Shown piece by piece: positions 1 to 11,217 of a DNA stretch of 43,811 nt. The stretch spans positions 1-43,811 of the forward strand of contig JAAOMT010000517.1 in assembly GCA_016748015.1 (NCBI GenBank), written 5' to 3'. The notes under the pieces were generated by a model. The model saw only the letters and a program-made list of their open reading frames with translations, did no database searches and was not told the origin of the DNA. This DNA comes from Geosiphon pyriformis uo1 (taxonomy: Eukaryota; Fungi; Glomeromycota). Position numbers and translations under genes: made by a program. Every line of letters starts with the position of its first letter. Position 1 is the first letter of the stretch.

Positions 1-770
1 AATAACCAGTATGAAAATACTGGTGTCCACTAACTCACTTACATAAACAGGACGAAACTACCGGCGTCCGCCAACTTACGAACATAACCAGGACAAAATT
101 ACCGGTGTCCACCAACTCACGAGCATAACCAGGATGAAATTACTGACGTCTACATACTCACGAACATAAACACCAATAACCAGTATGAAAATACTGGTGT
201 CCACTAACTCACTTACATAAATACTAATAACCAGTATGAAAATACTGGTGTCCACTAACTCACTTACATAAACAGGACGAAACTACCGGCGTCCGCCAAC
301 TTACGAACATAACCAGGACAAAATTACCGGTGTCCACCAACTCACGAGCATAACCAGGATGAAATTACTGACGTCTACATACTCACGAACATAAACACCA
401 ATAACCAGTATGAAAATACTGGTGTCCACTAACTCACTTACATAAACAGGACGAAACTACCGGCGTCCACTTACTTACGAACATAACCAGGATGAAATTA
501 CCGGCGTCCACCAACTTACGAACATAACCAGGACGAAATTACCGGCGTCCACCAACTCACGAACATAAAAACCTATAACCAGGACGAAATTACCGGCGTC
601 CACCAACTCACAAACATAAACACCAATAACCAGTATGAAAATACTGGTGTCCACCAGCTCACGAACATAAACAGGACGAAATTACCGGCGTCCACCAACT
701 CATGAACATAAACACCTATAACCAGGATGAAATTACCACCAACTCACGAACATAAACACCTATAACCAGT
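1..770. repeat. Minisatellite of 41-bp and 51-bp units with a 174-bp higher-order repeat
   Basis: Unit ~acataaccaggacgaaattaccggcgtccaccaactcacga (period 41, e.g. 481 to 522). The 51-bp variant carries an extra ~10 bp (aaacaccaat). Block 1-174 recurs at 226-399 and starts again at 400. The array runs off the window start. Confidence 0.95.
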
Positions 771-1017
771 CATTAACAACTCAACAATATCGAATAAACG
801 AATAAACGAATACCGAATATGGAATAAAACATTGATCACCAAATAACTGAAATTAAATTTCAGGGTTAGGTGGTGAGGAATTGATGATTGTTAGTCTGTT
901 ATCCATGCCTTTTGCGGGAGTGGGTGGGGATAGTTTAGAAGTAAGAGGGCATAACCCAGCGTGGTTACCGAGGCATTTGTGATGATTGACTAGCGAGTGA
1001 CAGGTATTACTTTTGTA

Positions 1018-1036
1018 AGATGTGTATAAGAGACAG
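1018..1036 (+). other. Nextera/Tn5 mosaic-end adapter sequence (assembly artefact)
   Basis: Exact 19-mer AGATGTGTATAAGAGACAG. On the minus strand it translates to LSLIHI and abruptly ends the lipase-like ORF 1007..1243. Confidence 0.95.
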
Positions 1037-1188
1037 ATTTATCACACGATACAAGTTTGGAATTTCTTGATTAACATATTGAGCGAATCCTTTATTTCCC
1101 ACACGTGGTTGACCATAGGTAAGAATCTGAATAGTTTTGGGCTTGAAATCTGATTTTAATACTAGCAGTGCTGAAAATAATGCCAGGG
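1037..1188 (-). pseudogene. Lipase_3-like exon-3 fragment (L0), truncated by the adapter junction
   Basis: Acceptor cccacag then ALALFSALLVLKSDFKPKTIQILTYGQPRVGNKGFAQYVNQEIPNLYRVIN, containing the TYGQPRVGN lipase-3 motif. Putative intron 1189-1263. No recognisable GHxxGG exon upstream. Confidence 0.75.
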
Positions 1189-2836
1189 CTGTGGGAAATT
1201 TAAATATTTTTAATGATCTAGTACAATTATTCTCCTGCCACAAAAGTATGCTAATAAACTTACCTCTGCAGATAAATCCTTAGCAAATAGCCCCAATAAA
1301 AAGTTAAGAAGTCAGTTATCCTTCTATTATTTCACAGTCTGACGTTTCTACAATCGACAAAGATCAGTTAGTTTTTAATCAGAAAATTAGCCATGATCTG
1401 AATACGAGAGCTAAACTAGAGACAAATTTCTGCATGACCAACTTTCAAAGAAAATGACTAAAAAGATTTTCAGACTTTTAATAGTATTAGTGGTAAGGAA
1501 TTGATAGGTCATATTAAATATTTTCATGAAATAACAATTTGAAATTTATCTTAGCCAATTATCTTCCTCTTTTTTCTGCTGTATTATTACAGTTCAATTT
1601 TTTCTTTTGCTTCAATAGTACTTATTTTATATCTTGTATCAGCACTAATGTTACATATATTTGCCATTTAATTTTAAAATTAATTATTAGCTTGATTATT
1701 GACTCGATTAATAACTTGATTTTTTGACTTAGTTATTGATTTAACCATTGACTTAAACATTGACCAAATTATTGATCTAATTGTTAACATGATTATTTAT
1801 CTCTTTTGAAAAATATACAAGCAAAACTTTTAAAAGCTGTAGAAAAGTAATTGACTATTTAAGTACAGTAATTTTAATTTACTTCCATTATTATTATTAT
1901 TATTTTTATTTGTATTATTCTTAATTTTAGCAGAAAACTTATTGAAAAGTAAATAATACTTGGTATTAGATTTTAAAATTATAGCAACTGTATTATTCTT
2001 TGTTAACAATCACAAACTGTTTTTTAACTTTCAGATTTCCTTAAAAAGATTATTGATTGTGATTTTTATAAAATTAACCATATTAATTTAATTACTTACT
2101 TATATAATTTGCATTCTTGTTAAAACTTTCCTTGATTATTATTATTAATATACAACTACTCTTTTTTTTGTTATCTATTAGTATACTTCAATTTATAACG
2201 ATATCAAACTATGCAGGAGTTTTAATTATATTTGCAAAATAACTAGATAACAAAATATAAATTGTTAAAAATTGTTATTTGTAAAAGTTCAAAGAGTCTT
2301 ATATATTCAAAGAATTTAGGCAAAAGCTGGTTTTTTAATAAGAAAAAACTTTTGTTAGTAATACCAAACATGATTTATAGTTTTCAAGTATTTTTACCCA
2401 TTTGCTGACCAGATTTTTATTAATATTATCAAAAGCAAGTGCAAATTAAACAGCCATAGTCTTTTTTTTAATAATTTGTTGTGTTATACTTAAATAAATG
2501 TACAACTAAAACAAAAGTTCTTTAAATTTAATTCAACAAGTATATAAAAAACACAGCAATACAAAAATAAGTTCATTAGAATTTGATACAACAAATATTT
2601 TGGAGATTTTGGAAAAATAGAAAATAAGTTTATTAAGTTTGACACAACAAATATACTAAAGATCTGTAAGATAAAAGGTAAGTCCAAAAATTTGATGTGA
2701 CAAATATACTGAAAAGATAAGTTCACTAAAATTTATATTACAAATATATTAAAGATCTGGCAAAATAAAAAGTAAGTACAAGAATTTAATGCAACAAAAT
2801 ACAAAAGTAAATTTACTTAAAATAATAAACCAAAAA

Positions 2837-3214
2837 ATGGCGAATAAAATTTTTTCTTTGTTGATCATTTGTATTCTTATATATTAAATAATATTAACCC
2901 AACCACAACTTATTACAAATCAGCAGAGAGAAAAAAAGCCAAAAAATAGGCATGGGTCATACTTCACCACACGTGACCAGCCACCCGAGCCGATCAGAGC
3001 TACACTCGCAGGACCAAACGGCCTCAACATATCAAAGAACAAATCCGAAATCATGGCTAAACTTTTTAAGAAAACCAAAATTCCGAGCAATTCCTCGGGC
3101 AAAACCGATACTACGAACTCTCCCAGCGGAGACACCGAACCCCTGAAACAACAAACCGGCATCATTAAACAAACCCTTTTTTTCGCACTCAGCCCGAAAC
3201 TTAGAATTCGGTAA
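2837..3214 (+). pseudogene. Putative small secreted protein ORF interrupted by a stop in its signal peptide
   Basis: MANKIFSLLIICILIY*IILTQPQLITNQQREKKPKNRHGSYF...LSPKLRIR*. One in-frame TAA at 2885-2887; the frame is otherwise open for 126 codons. GC is higher than in the flanks. Confidence 0.45.
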
Positions 3215-5090
3215 CCAGATAAGGTTCTTGTGTGCCAAAATTAAACCACGAACAAGATCGACCACATTCCGAGACCTATCCAGAGATTGATGTACAAAAA
3301 TAGGATAAATGTAATAATAAATTAAAAAATACTAGTAATTTGATTTTTTATTATTTCAATATTTAATAAATAATAAATGATAAATATTCAATTAATAATA
3401 TTTAAAAAAAATGACTTTTATTTTTTTTGACATTTTAGTTATAAGTAAAATGAATTGAAAAATAATTTTTTGAATAAATATATTAAAATAAAAAATATAT
3501 ATAAATTGAAAAAGCAATTAGTTAAAGAATACAAATATTAATTTATCTTATAAAATTTACCAATGAAAACATAAAGTTTTACATTAAATAAGTTTTTGAA
3601 AAAATTCATTAAAAATTAATTAATTATTTATTTATTTATCACAATTCACTTGAAATTCTCATTTTTTCTTACAAATTTAAAGTTTCAGAAATTGAATTTA
3701 AAGAATATTGAAAAGAATAACACAATGTCAAAACCATTTTGGAGGAAAAATTATAATCAATATTTATAAATTTTGATGGACTCAATACTGATTCCAAAAA
3801 ATTTTGATTATTTATTTGTAAATGAAAAAAAATTATAAACAAGTAACTATATGGTCAACAATATTTAATTTGTTAATAAAAGATTAAAATATATTTTATT
3901 AACTAGTTTGTTGTTGATAATTCATTTTTGAGGCTTTCAACAAAATATAAACAAAATATTCTTTACTGTAAATAAATTATTTGTATCATTTTTAAATACT
4001 TTAAAAAATACGAGTTTGCTGTAAAAATGTGCTCTTTTTGAGCTTCTTCTGCATAGCAATCAAAAAGAGTGATTAATAATTAACCAGATTTTGATTTTTT
4101 TTCTACCAAGTAGATCATTCATTTAACAATTTAATAATTCTAATAATTAAAATTTTAAGTAATCAATATTAAGCAATATTAATCTCTGAATATTTTTTTG
4201 AACTCATGCAAGAACACGTTTTTAGTTGCTTTTAATATGATCGAATCTAATGAAGAAGATAGAAAATATACGACAAGGTAGGAGTACGGTTTAAAAAATT
4301 ACGATTTATTAAATAATTTCTTTTTAGAAAGGTATTTTCGTCATACTGTATTTTGTGTGACAAATGATAATTCATATGCATTATTTGAGCCAATTTCCAA
4401 CCTTTTAGTAAAGATTTATCATATCTTTAAATTTAAATCCATGCTGTCAATGTTTTTTCTACAGACTTTTCCTTATCGAACAACGATAAAAATAGAGTTT
4501 AAAAAATTTCAATTAAGAATTTTGTCCCTTTGCACAACGCTAAACCTGCAAACAATCGTAGGATTAATAATAGAACTTTCCTTTTTATATGCATCTCTTG
4601 AATTTCATCAAAAATTTGAATTATTAGTATTAGAAGAAATGAAAAACAATGATAAGAAAATTAAATAGTTAAATTTTTGCAGTCAAATTTTCATAGCTGC
4701 AGGTTCATTGCACCTCTAGTAAATCATTTCCTTATTTCAAAAATTTTTTGTACATCTATTAGAATTATTGGTTGCTTATAGATGGAATAGAAACTTTTTA
4801 AAGAAAAAAAACAAACAAACAAACAAACAGTACAGTAATTAGCGATGAAAATTTGGAAAATGGTACATTGAAGAAAGAAGAGAATCATGGTATATTCCAC
4901 ATTTTTTCAATCAATAGAAAATTCTTCTCAAGAAGACTAAAACTAACCAAGTTAAATTGGTTGCGAATCATTATTAGCTAATTAATTTCCAAAAGAGGAG
5001 ATGTCAAAAATTACTTTAGATTTGGAAGTTGGTTGATTTCAACAAGAAAAAGCTCTAACCAAAATGGAATTGACATAAGCTGCGTTTCAG

Positions 5091-5098
5091 TATAAAAG
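5091..5098 (+). promoter_or_regulatory. Putative TATA box of Asn-rich protein A
   Basis: TATAAAAG about 200 bp upstream of ATG 5300. The same octamer precedes paralog B. Confidence 0.5.
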
Positions 5099-5171
5099 AG
5101 ATACTGGTTAAAAAGCCCTTCTCTCATAAATCAAAAGGACAAAAGTTTTTTGATAAAAATAAAGAATAAAC

Positions 5172-5250
5172 ACACATACATACATTCATACATACATTCA
5201 TACATACATACATACATACATAAATATATATATATATATACATACATACA
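5172..5250. repeat. (TACA)n/(TA)n microsatellite in the presumed 5' UTR
   Basis: Repeated catacata/tata tract between the TATA box and the ATG. Confidence 0.9.
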
Positions 5251-5299
5251 AATAACTTTACCAAAAATTTCTTTCAAACTTGCGAGATTTAAAACAAAA

Positions 5300-5791
5300 A
5301 TGGAAAAAATACTCTTATTCATTACTTTACTTCTTCTCTCTGGATTAGTATTCTCCGCACCATTACCACCCATGCAAAAACGAGAACAAAAGTTCAATGT
5401 CGGCCCTGACAACGGTACTAATAGTGCGGATGGCAGCGGGATGTTCAATGTTGGAAAAAATAACGGAAACTACAACGGAAACAATAACGTAGGTTCGGAT
5501 AACGGCAAAAACAATGGTAATTTCAATATTGGGGAAAATAACGGAAATTATAACGGCAACGACAATATTGGAAATCAAAACGGAAATGATAATGGTAATT
5601 TCAATATCGGAAAAGATAACGGCAATTATAATGGCAACAAGAATGTTGGAAATCAAAACGGAAATCAAAACGGAAACTTTAATTTTGGATCTCTTAACGG
5701 TAATGCTAATGGCAATCAAAATTATGGAAATACTAACGGTAACTTAAACGGAAACAGCAATGGCAGGTTTTATTCTTATAAAAGCGGGTGA
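5300..5791 (+). CDS. Secreted Asn/Gly-rich 13-aa tandem-repeat protein A (163 aa)
   Basis: Signal peptide MEKILLFITLLLLSGLVFSA-P, then propeptide ending in KR, then repeats (F/N/D/K)N(V/I/F)GxxNGNxNGN. Intronless. The true start is ATG 5300, not the TTG at 5150. Confidence 0.88.
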   Translation: MEKILLFITLLLLSGLVFSAPLPPMQKREQKFNVGPDNGTNSADGSGMFNVGKNNGNYNGNNNVGSDNGKNNGNFNIGENNGNYNGNDNIGNQNGNDNGNFNIGKDNGNYNGNKNVGNQNGNQNGNFNFGSLNGNANGNQNYGNTNGNLNGNSNGRFYSYKSG

Positions 5792-6463
5792 TATTGATTT
5801 TTGTCCTAAAACCTCCATTAAAAAGACTTCTGTACCAGAAAATAATAAATGCATTTATAATGCATTTACTTTTATTTGGAATTTTTATTTTAGGAAGTTA
5901 GTTTATAGCATAGACTAAAATTCATAGCTTCAATAGATTGAGATTAAATATCTATCTTATTACATTTTTTTCATTTTATCAGATATCCCCAATAATAAAT
6001 GATTCGATTACTTCTTTAATTTTTCCTCAATTATTTCAAAGCTATGACAAATGAGAAAGTTTTGAATTTAGAACAAATCACCAATCGTTTAAAAGATTTT
6101 CTATTAAAAATGCGGTGCAAATAAACTCTCTTTAAAGGAAAAAATATTGGATTCCTTCAACTTTTTAACTAAATGAACAAGGATTGGCATTGATAATTTG
6201 GGAAGGCGAAAAATTTTTCAATGTGTATGTGCTCCTCAGAAATTTCACCAGTTAAAAATTTATACAAATTCAAAAACTTTTTCACAACCTAATTAAAAAA
6301 GTAGAAGTAAAGGAATAATAGTGATTGACAAAAAAACAATAAAATCATGTACTTTTGTTCATGTACTGAAGGTCAAGAAAAATATTGTACGGTTAAATTT
6401 TTTAAATTAGTACAATAAAAATTTTTGATATATAAAAAAAATTATTTATTTAAATTTAGCCAT

Positions 6464-7241
6464 TTAATATTTAGTATGCCCATCTTTAGCAGAGATTATT
6501 GAACTCAATTTGGCATTGGCCGTACCAAATCGCGATAACTTTTTGCGGATGCACATTTCATTCCTTTTTTTACTAACTTCTCGAGTTCATGGAGACTTGA
6601 GGGTTGAGGATGACGTTTTCGAACTGCTACTTCAACAATAGCCCACATGTTCTCAATTGGATTGAGTTCAGGACTTTTTGGAGACCATGGTAGCACTTCA
6701 ACATTTTGTCCGATTATTGCTTGATGAACAGGTGAATTTTTCTCTTGGAAAATAAATTTTTGCTTAATCTGCCGGGCAACAAATGCTTGAGAGTAGAATT
6801 GCATAGGTGGCAAGTATATATTTTGATATTAAAACTATAGGTGAAATAATGGGACAAATTTTAAAAAAGAAAAGCTACCCAACACATTTTTGTAAAAAAC
6901 GTTTAACTGAAGATGCAATACAATGTTTGATTTTTGGCATTTTTGAGTGTCAAAAATAGGTGATCAGCCTAGTCGCGTTTTAGAAGGTTCTCCTGTATGA
7001 TGCCATTTTACGATTTTTGTAATCTCAGTATCAAGTTTTCTGCTATAATAATGCCTCCTTTTTCATAGGAGTAAGTTCTTTGACAAGACCCATTATATGT
7101 GACGAATTGAAAAATACAATGTTTTTAATTTTTCCCAAAGATAATGCGGTAAAATCAAAAATGACAAAAATAAAAAATATGAAACTCATATTCAATATCT
7201 ATAATTTTTAACACTACTATACTTTTGTCACCCCCCTGGTA
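6464..7241 (-). mobile_element. Decayed Tc1/mariner DNA transposon (internally deleted transposase)
   Basis: N-terminus MGLVKELTP at 7093; FIFQEKNSPVH; LPWSPKSPELNPIENMWAIV (Tc1 DDE motif); C-terminus IISAKDGHTKY* at 6464. Candidate TIR tatacttttgtcacccccctg at ~7218-7238. Frameshifts and stops throughout. Confidence 0.9.
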
Positions 7242-7576
7242 ATTTTGAAATTTCCCTGAGTTAAAGACTTGTAATGTTTACCAAACAAAGTGATTGTAAT
7301 AATACTAAAGAAAAAAATTTATCAATTGGGTTAGATTTAATCTTGCTTTAATTTGTAGGCGTTACATTGTATGCCCTGAGAATAATTTCATTTATTTATT
7401 TATTTTCTTTACAAGAAATAAGTCTATTTTATAATTTCATGCAAAAAAGGAAAATGTTTCCAATTATGAGAGCATCCAAATTAAAGTGTAAAACCTTAGT
7501 TATCGCACCAAACTAAAAGTTTATTTCAACTTTCGTCGTCATCCTTTCATCAAAATTAAAATCATTCACTTCCAAA

Positions 7577-8908
7577 TTAGTTACATTTGCTCATTAGTTG
7601 ACCAAAATAAGGTCCTTCGTTAGCTTTTAAACTTGCAATCGATACTTCTTGGGCTTTTTTGTTACATTCCTTTTGTGAATAAGTGAGGCGGTGAAATATT
7701 TAATAGTGCTTAATAATAAACTTAATTTCCAAAAATAAATAATTTAAAATCTTCAATTCATACCTGTGGCTCATTAATATACCCTGTATCATCTTCCAAA
7801 ACACCAAGACATTTATAAACATTCATTTTTAAAATACTGCAGTGACAATTGAAATCAATCCAATATTCAATCCCATGATGCCAGTATCCATAATGATCAT
7901 GGTTTGTGGGAATTTGAGGTATATAGTCACTTGAATAAGTAATACGATAAATAGCACCTAAATTTTTGTTCACATGTTCCGCAAATTGGAAATTACCCAT
8001 TCTTGGTGAGCCAAATGTGAAAACTTGGACTTCCAATCTTCTATGAAACTTTGTGAATTCTAATGCTGTCAAGACTGCGTATACTGTCATAAGATGAAAA
8101 ATAGATTCAGCTATATTTTTAAATTAAAATTAAAAAAAAATCTTGATTAATGTCAAAACTCACCACCACCAAAGTTATGTCCTGTCAAACTCAAACTCTT
8201 GAATGATACATTTCTTTTCAAGAAAGCACCCACTCTTTGTATTATGTTCTGCCACGCCTCATTAAACCTTTCCCAAAAATGGGAATCGACAAATCCATTG
8301 TATACATCGGGATAACCAACCATTGTTTTTTTGTTCAACATCCAAGATGGTTCTTTTGCCGCAAAATAGACAACCAACTCTTTGGCTTCTATGTTTGCAT
8401 ATAAACCAACTAGAAAATTTTGAAAGAATTATTGAAATTTTCTCCAAATTATTTTAGCTTCAAATCATTTTTTCAAAATAAATTTTTATCTACCGTAAAT
8501 ACCAGGTAAAATTTCTGTAACTTCTTTATCAGAGCAATAAGCCTGAGTTGCATATTCTGCAAAAAACGCGAATCGTGATAGCAGAGGATCATTCTTTGAT
8601 AGCAATATCTTTGTTAATTGGTGTTCCTTTATATTTTCAGAAATGAATTTCGAACCCTCTATTTTTTGTAGCCGCTCATTTTTTGAATAAAATTTTGGGT
8701 TTTGTGAATTTGATAGTCTTTTTGGAATCTGTACTTTTATTGACGATAAAAGTTTATTTTGAAAATTTTCCCGATTTAAAAATTGTCTGCGAGATAATAC
8801 ATTCTCACGCATTAAAGGAATCCTCGAAATATAATCTCTATCATATTGAACGGCTATGCAATAAACCCAAAAATTCAAAAAAAAAAAGAAGGCAAACACC
8901 ATGCCCAT
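7577..8908 (-). CDS. Lipase_3-like pseudoenzyme L1 (Ser->Asn; catalytic His absent)
   Basis: Exons 8908-8494, 8409-8164, 8083-7764, 7669-7577, all GT-AG and in frame. Signal peptide; AYC; TGHNFGG; TFGSPRMGN; SDYIPQIP; HHGIEYW; ANEGPYFG. Confidence 0.88.
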
Positions 8909-9379
8909 TATTAGAAGGTGATTTATTCCCTCTAAATCTAGGAAATAAATTTTTTTTGATTACTACCCATAAATATAGCATTTTTAATCAGTGATTCAAA
9001 TTGATTCGTTTTCCTGACACTAGCTTCAAAATTCGATTTCGACAAGCAAAAGTGAAACATTTTTTATGCTTTAAGAATAATTTGTACCAAAAGTCAATAA
9101 CTCAAAATTTGGGAGTCAAAGAAATTAGAGATAAGATTGTTTTCCCGATGCAAGGAATCTAGTTTGACGACGATAACTAGATATCTGATTCCTCGGACAT
9201 TGATCATCCCGATACATTTCTTATCAGCCACCAAATATCAAGGTTTGAGAAAAGTTGGTTTGCAAAAGTAAAATATCAAAACTTTGGTTTCTTCTAATAT
9301 TATAGTTACTTTAAGGGAAAAATTTTGAAACTTATATTTATGCAATAATAATCAAGCCTTCAAAGTCTTGGAAGATTTG

Positions 9380-11217
9380 TAGTCAGCGGAAAATAATGGC
9401 GGTAATACTGCTAGCAAAATTTGTTGCATTACTGACCTTTCAAAAAACCAACGCGTAAAATTTGTTTTTTTTACCCCTTCATTTTGCACAACTTCCTTTT
9501 TTTTTCCTGCTGCCACCCATTTTATACTTTTCACCCCGTAAATTGAACCGTGAAGTCGTCAAGTACTTTTCAATAGTTATCGCAGCACAACTAAATTTGC
9601 CGAGTCAACTGGTGTTCCCTGTCAATGTTACTCTGTCATCTGTAAAAACGGCCAGATTTCTGATATTGATCGTCCTGGCTACGCAAGCAACATTACCAGA
9701 TCGGCAAATCGCACATGAATTCACTTTGTTAAGGCGGCCGAAATTAAAGCGCTCAAAGGAATGCATCTAGACTTCTCAAAGTCGGCAAATGAAGTGGTCA
9801 GGAAAAGCTTTCAAGGCTTAGCTACATTGCCATTCTACCCAAGTGTGTCCCTCTTCTCATCGAAAGCTCCGAGAAGAACCGTTTGCAATGGACACGTGAA
9901 CATTGTTATTACTACTGGCATAAGGTCGTATTCTCCAACAAGACAACTTTGCAGATGCTCTAACCACTTGTTTGACATGACCTCATGGTAGAAACGTATA
10001 GTATCAATGATAAAGCCCCCTTTCGACGAGATTAATTTTCATGTATTTTAGAGGAGAATTTGGTATCTCGAGGTTTTTATTGGGTTGGTGGAAGAAAAAT
10101 AGACAAACCTTCCAGAAGAGAATCCTTTTTTAACATATTTGTAGCATGCTTGCCAGTTTTCAAGGTTTCATAGATGCAGAAGGAGGCCATACTACATATA
10201 GTGGTTATATATACAGTACGTTCCAAAAAAATTTGGAGAAGAATGCACCTCATTAAATTCAAGTTAAATGACTAAATCCTCATAATTCTTTTTCGCTCAT
10301 TTATTCATTAGTTTCATCAAAAATCTCTTTTAAAATGTCAAAATTTAAACTGGAAAATTCAGCCGCAAACTTTATTATATTTTTGGAACAGCGGAATATG
10401 TGATACGGGTGAAATACAAAAGCGGGACGGATATGCCACGTTCTACGATCTATAATATAAGGATGGTAGCATAGGGAAGATAATGGTTCAAAGAAAAAGA
10501 TTACATCTACTATTACACGGAATATAAAGCAGTACATTTACCATAATGATTCAATATCTACTACAAGTTTAGCAAACAAATCTTTAGAAGAAAGAAAGAA
10601 TGTTTCTTATACTATACAGAGGCATCTGAGTAAATACTGGGTATAGAAAAAATCTTCCACTCGCAACACTAATGTTTACCATTGAACAAGAGAAAAACAG
10701 GTAGAATGAATCCAATGACACTTGAATGATGATTTGAGTAGAACAGTTTTTACGGATGAAACGACTTTCTACTATTCCGGGATACATTGGAACGTTGGGA
10801 TAAAAATATACACACATTCCAAAGGACAGAACAAAAATATTTTACCTGAGGAGATTTCTATAAGGGGAACAAGTTTATTTTGTTTTAGTACAATGATAAA
10901 TGGAGAGTTTTATATGTAATTTCTTCATGATCATATCCCTAAAGTCAGACGAAAGCTAGAAAATAGATAGAGGTTTCAACAAGACATTTATCCAAAGCAT
11001 ACAAGTCGTCTTGCCCGAAACAAAACATACTTACACTTATAGATTGGCCATCTAATAGCTCGGATTTGAATCCCGTCAAAAAACTTATGAACTATTGTTA
11101 AAAATAGGAAAAGTCCAGTTTTTTGTGCACAACTATGCATTTTATAGGATTCGTATTAAGGCATTTTTAATAAAAAATCTTGGGGATTTAGCCACCATTA
11201 CCTCCCCGCCAGGACTG
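9380..11217 (+). mobile_element. Decayed outer Tc1/mariner element (host of a nested insertion)
   Basis: EKNRLQWTREHCYYYWHKVVFSNKT (~9871-9945, corresponding to the Tc1 W..VIFSDES motif) and SMLASFQGFIDAEGGHTTY (~10143-10199). Degenerate inverted termini: tagtcagcggaaaataatggcgg at 9380 and ccaccattacctccccgccaggactg ending 11217, followed by TA. Confidence 0.7.
10214..11135 (+). mobile_element. Decayed inner Tc1/mariner element
   Basis: Starts TA|cagtacgttccaaaaaaatttgga and ends tccagttttttgtgcacaacta. Transposase relics from ~10335: FWNSGI, MPRSTIYNI, RTVFTDETTF, RFQQDIYPKHTS, IDWPSNSSDLNPV. Confidence 0.85.

Noticed and set aside
1-770. CRISPR array or coding repeat
   Set aside because: No unique spacers, the 41-bp unit breaks any reading frame, there are no cas genes, and the context is eukaryotic.
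859-870. Telomere-like cagggttagg
   Set aside because: Fewer than two copies of TTAGGG; expected by chance.
1018-1036. Genuine Tn5/IS50 transposon end
   Set aside because: It is the engineered mosaic end, with no partner end and no transposase; a library adapter.
5150-5299. N-terminal extension of protein A (HTYIHSYI...)
   Set aside because: TTG start reading through a TACA microsatellite; the signal peptide begins at ATG 5300.
5363-5747. Hydrophobic overlapping ORFs 5363..5719 and 5514..5747
   Set aside because: Shadow frames of the Asn-rich repeat gene.
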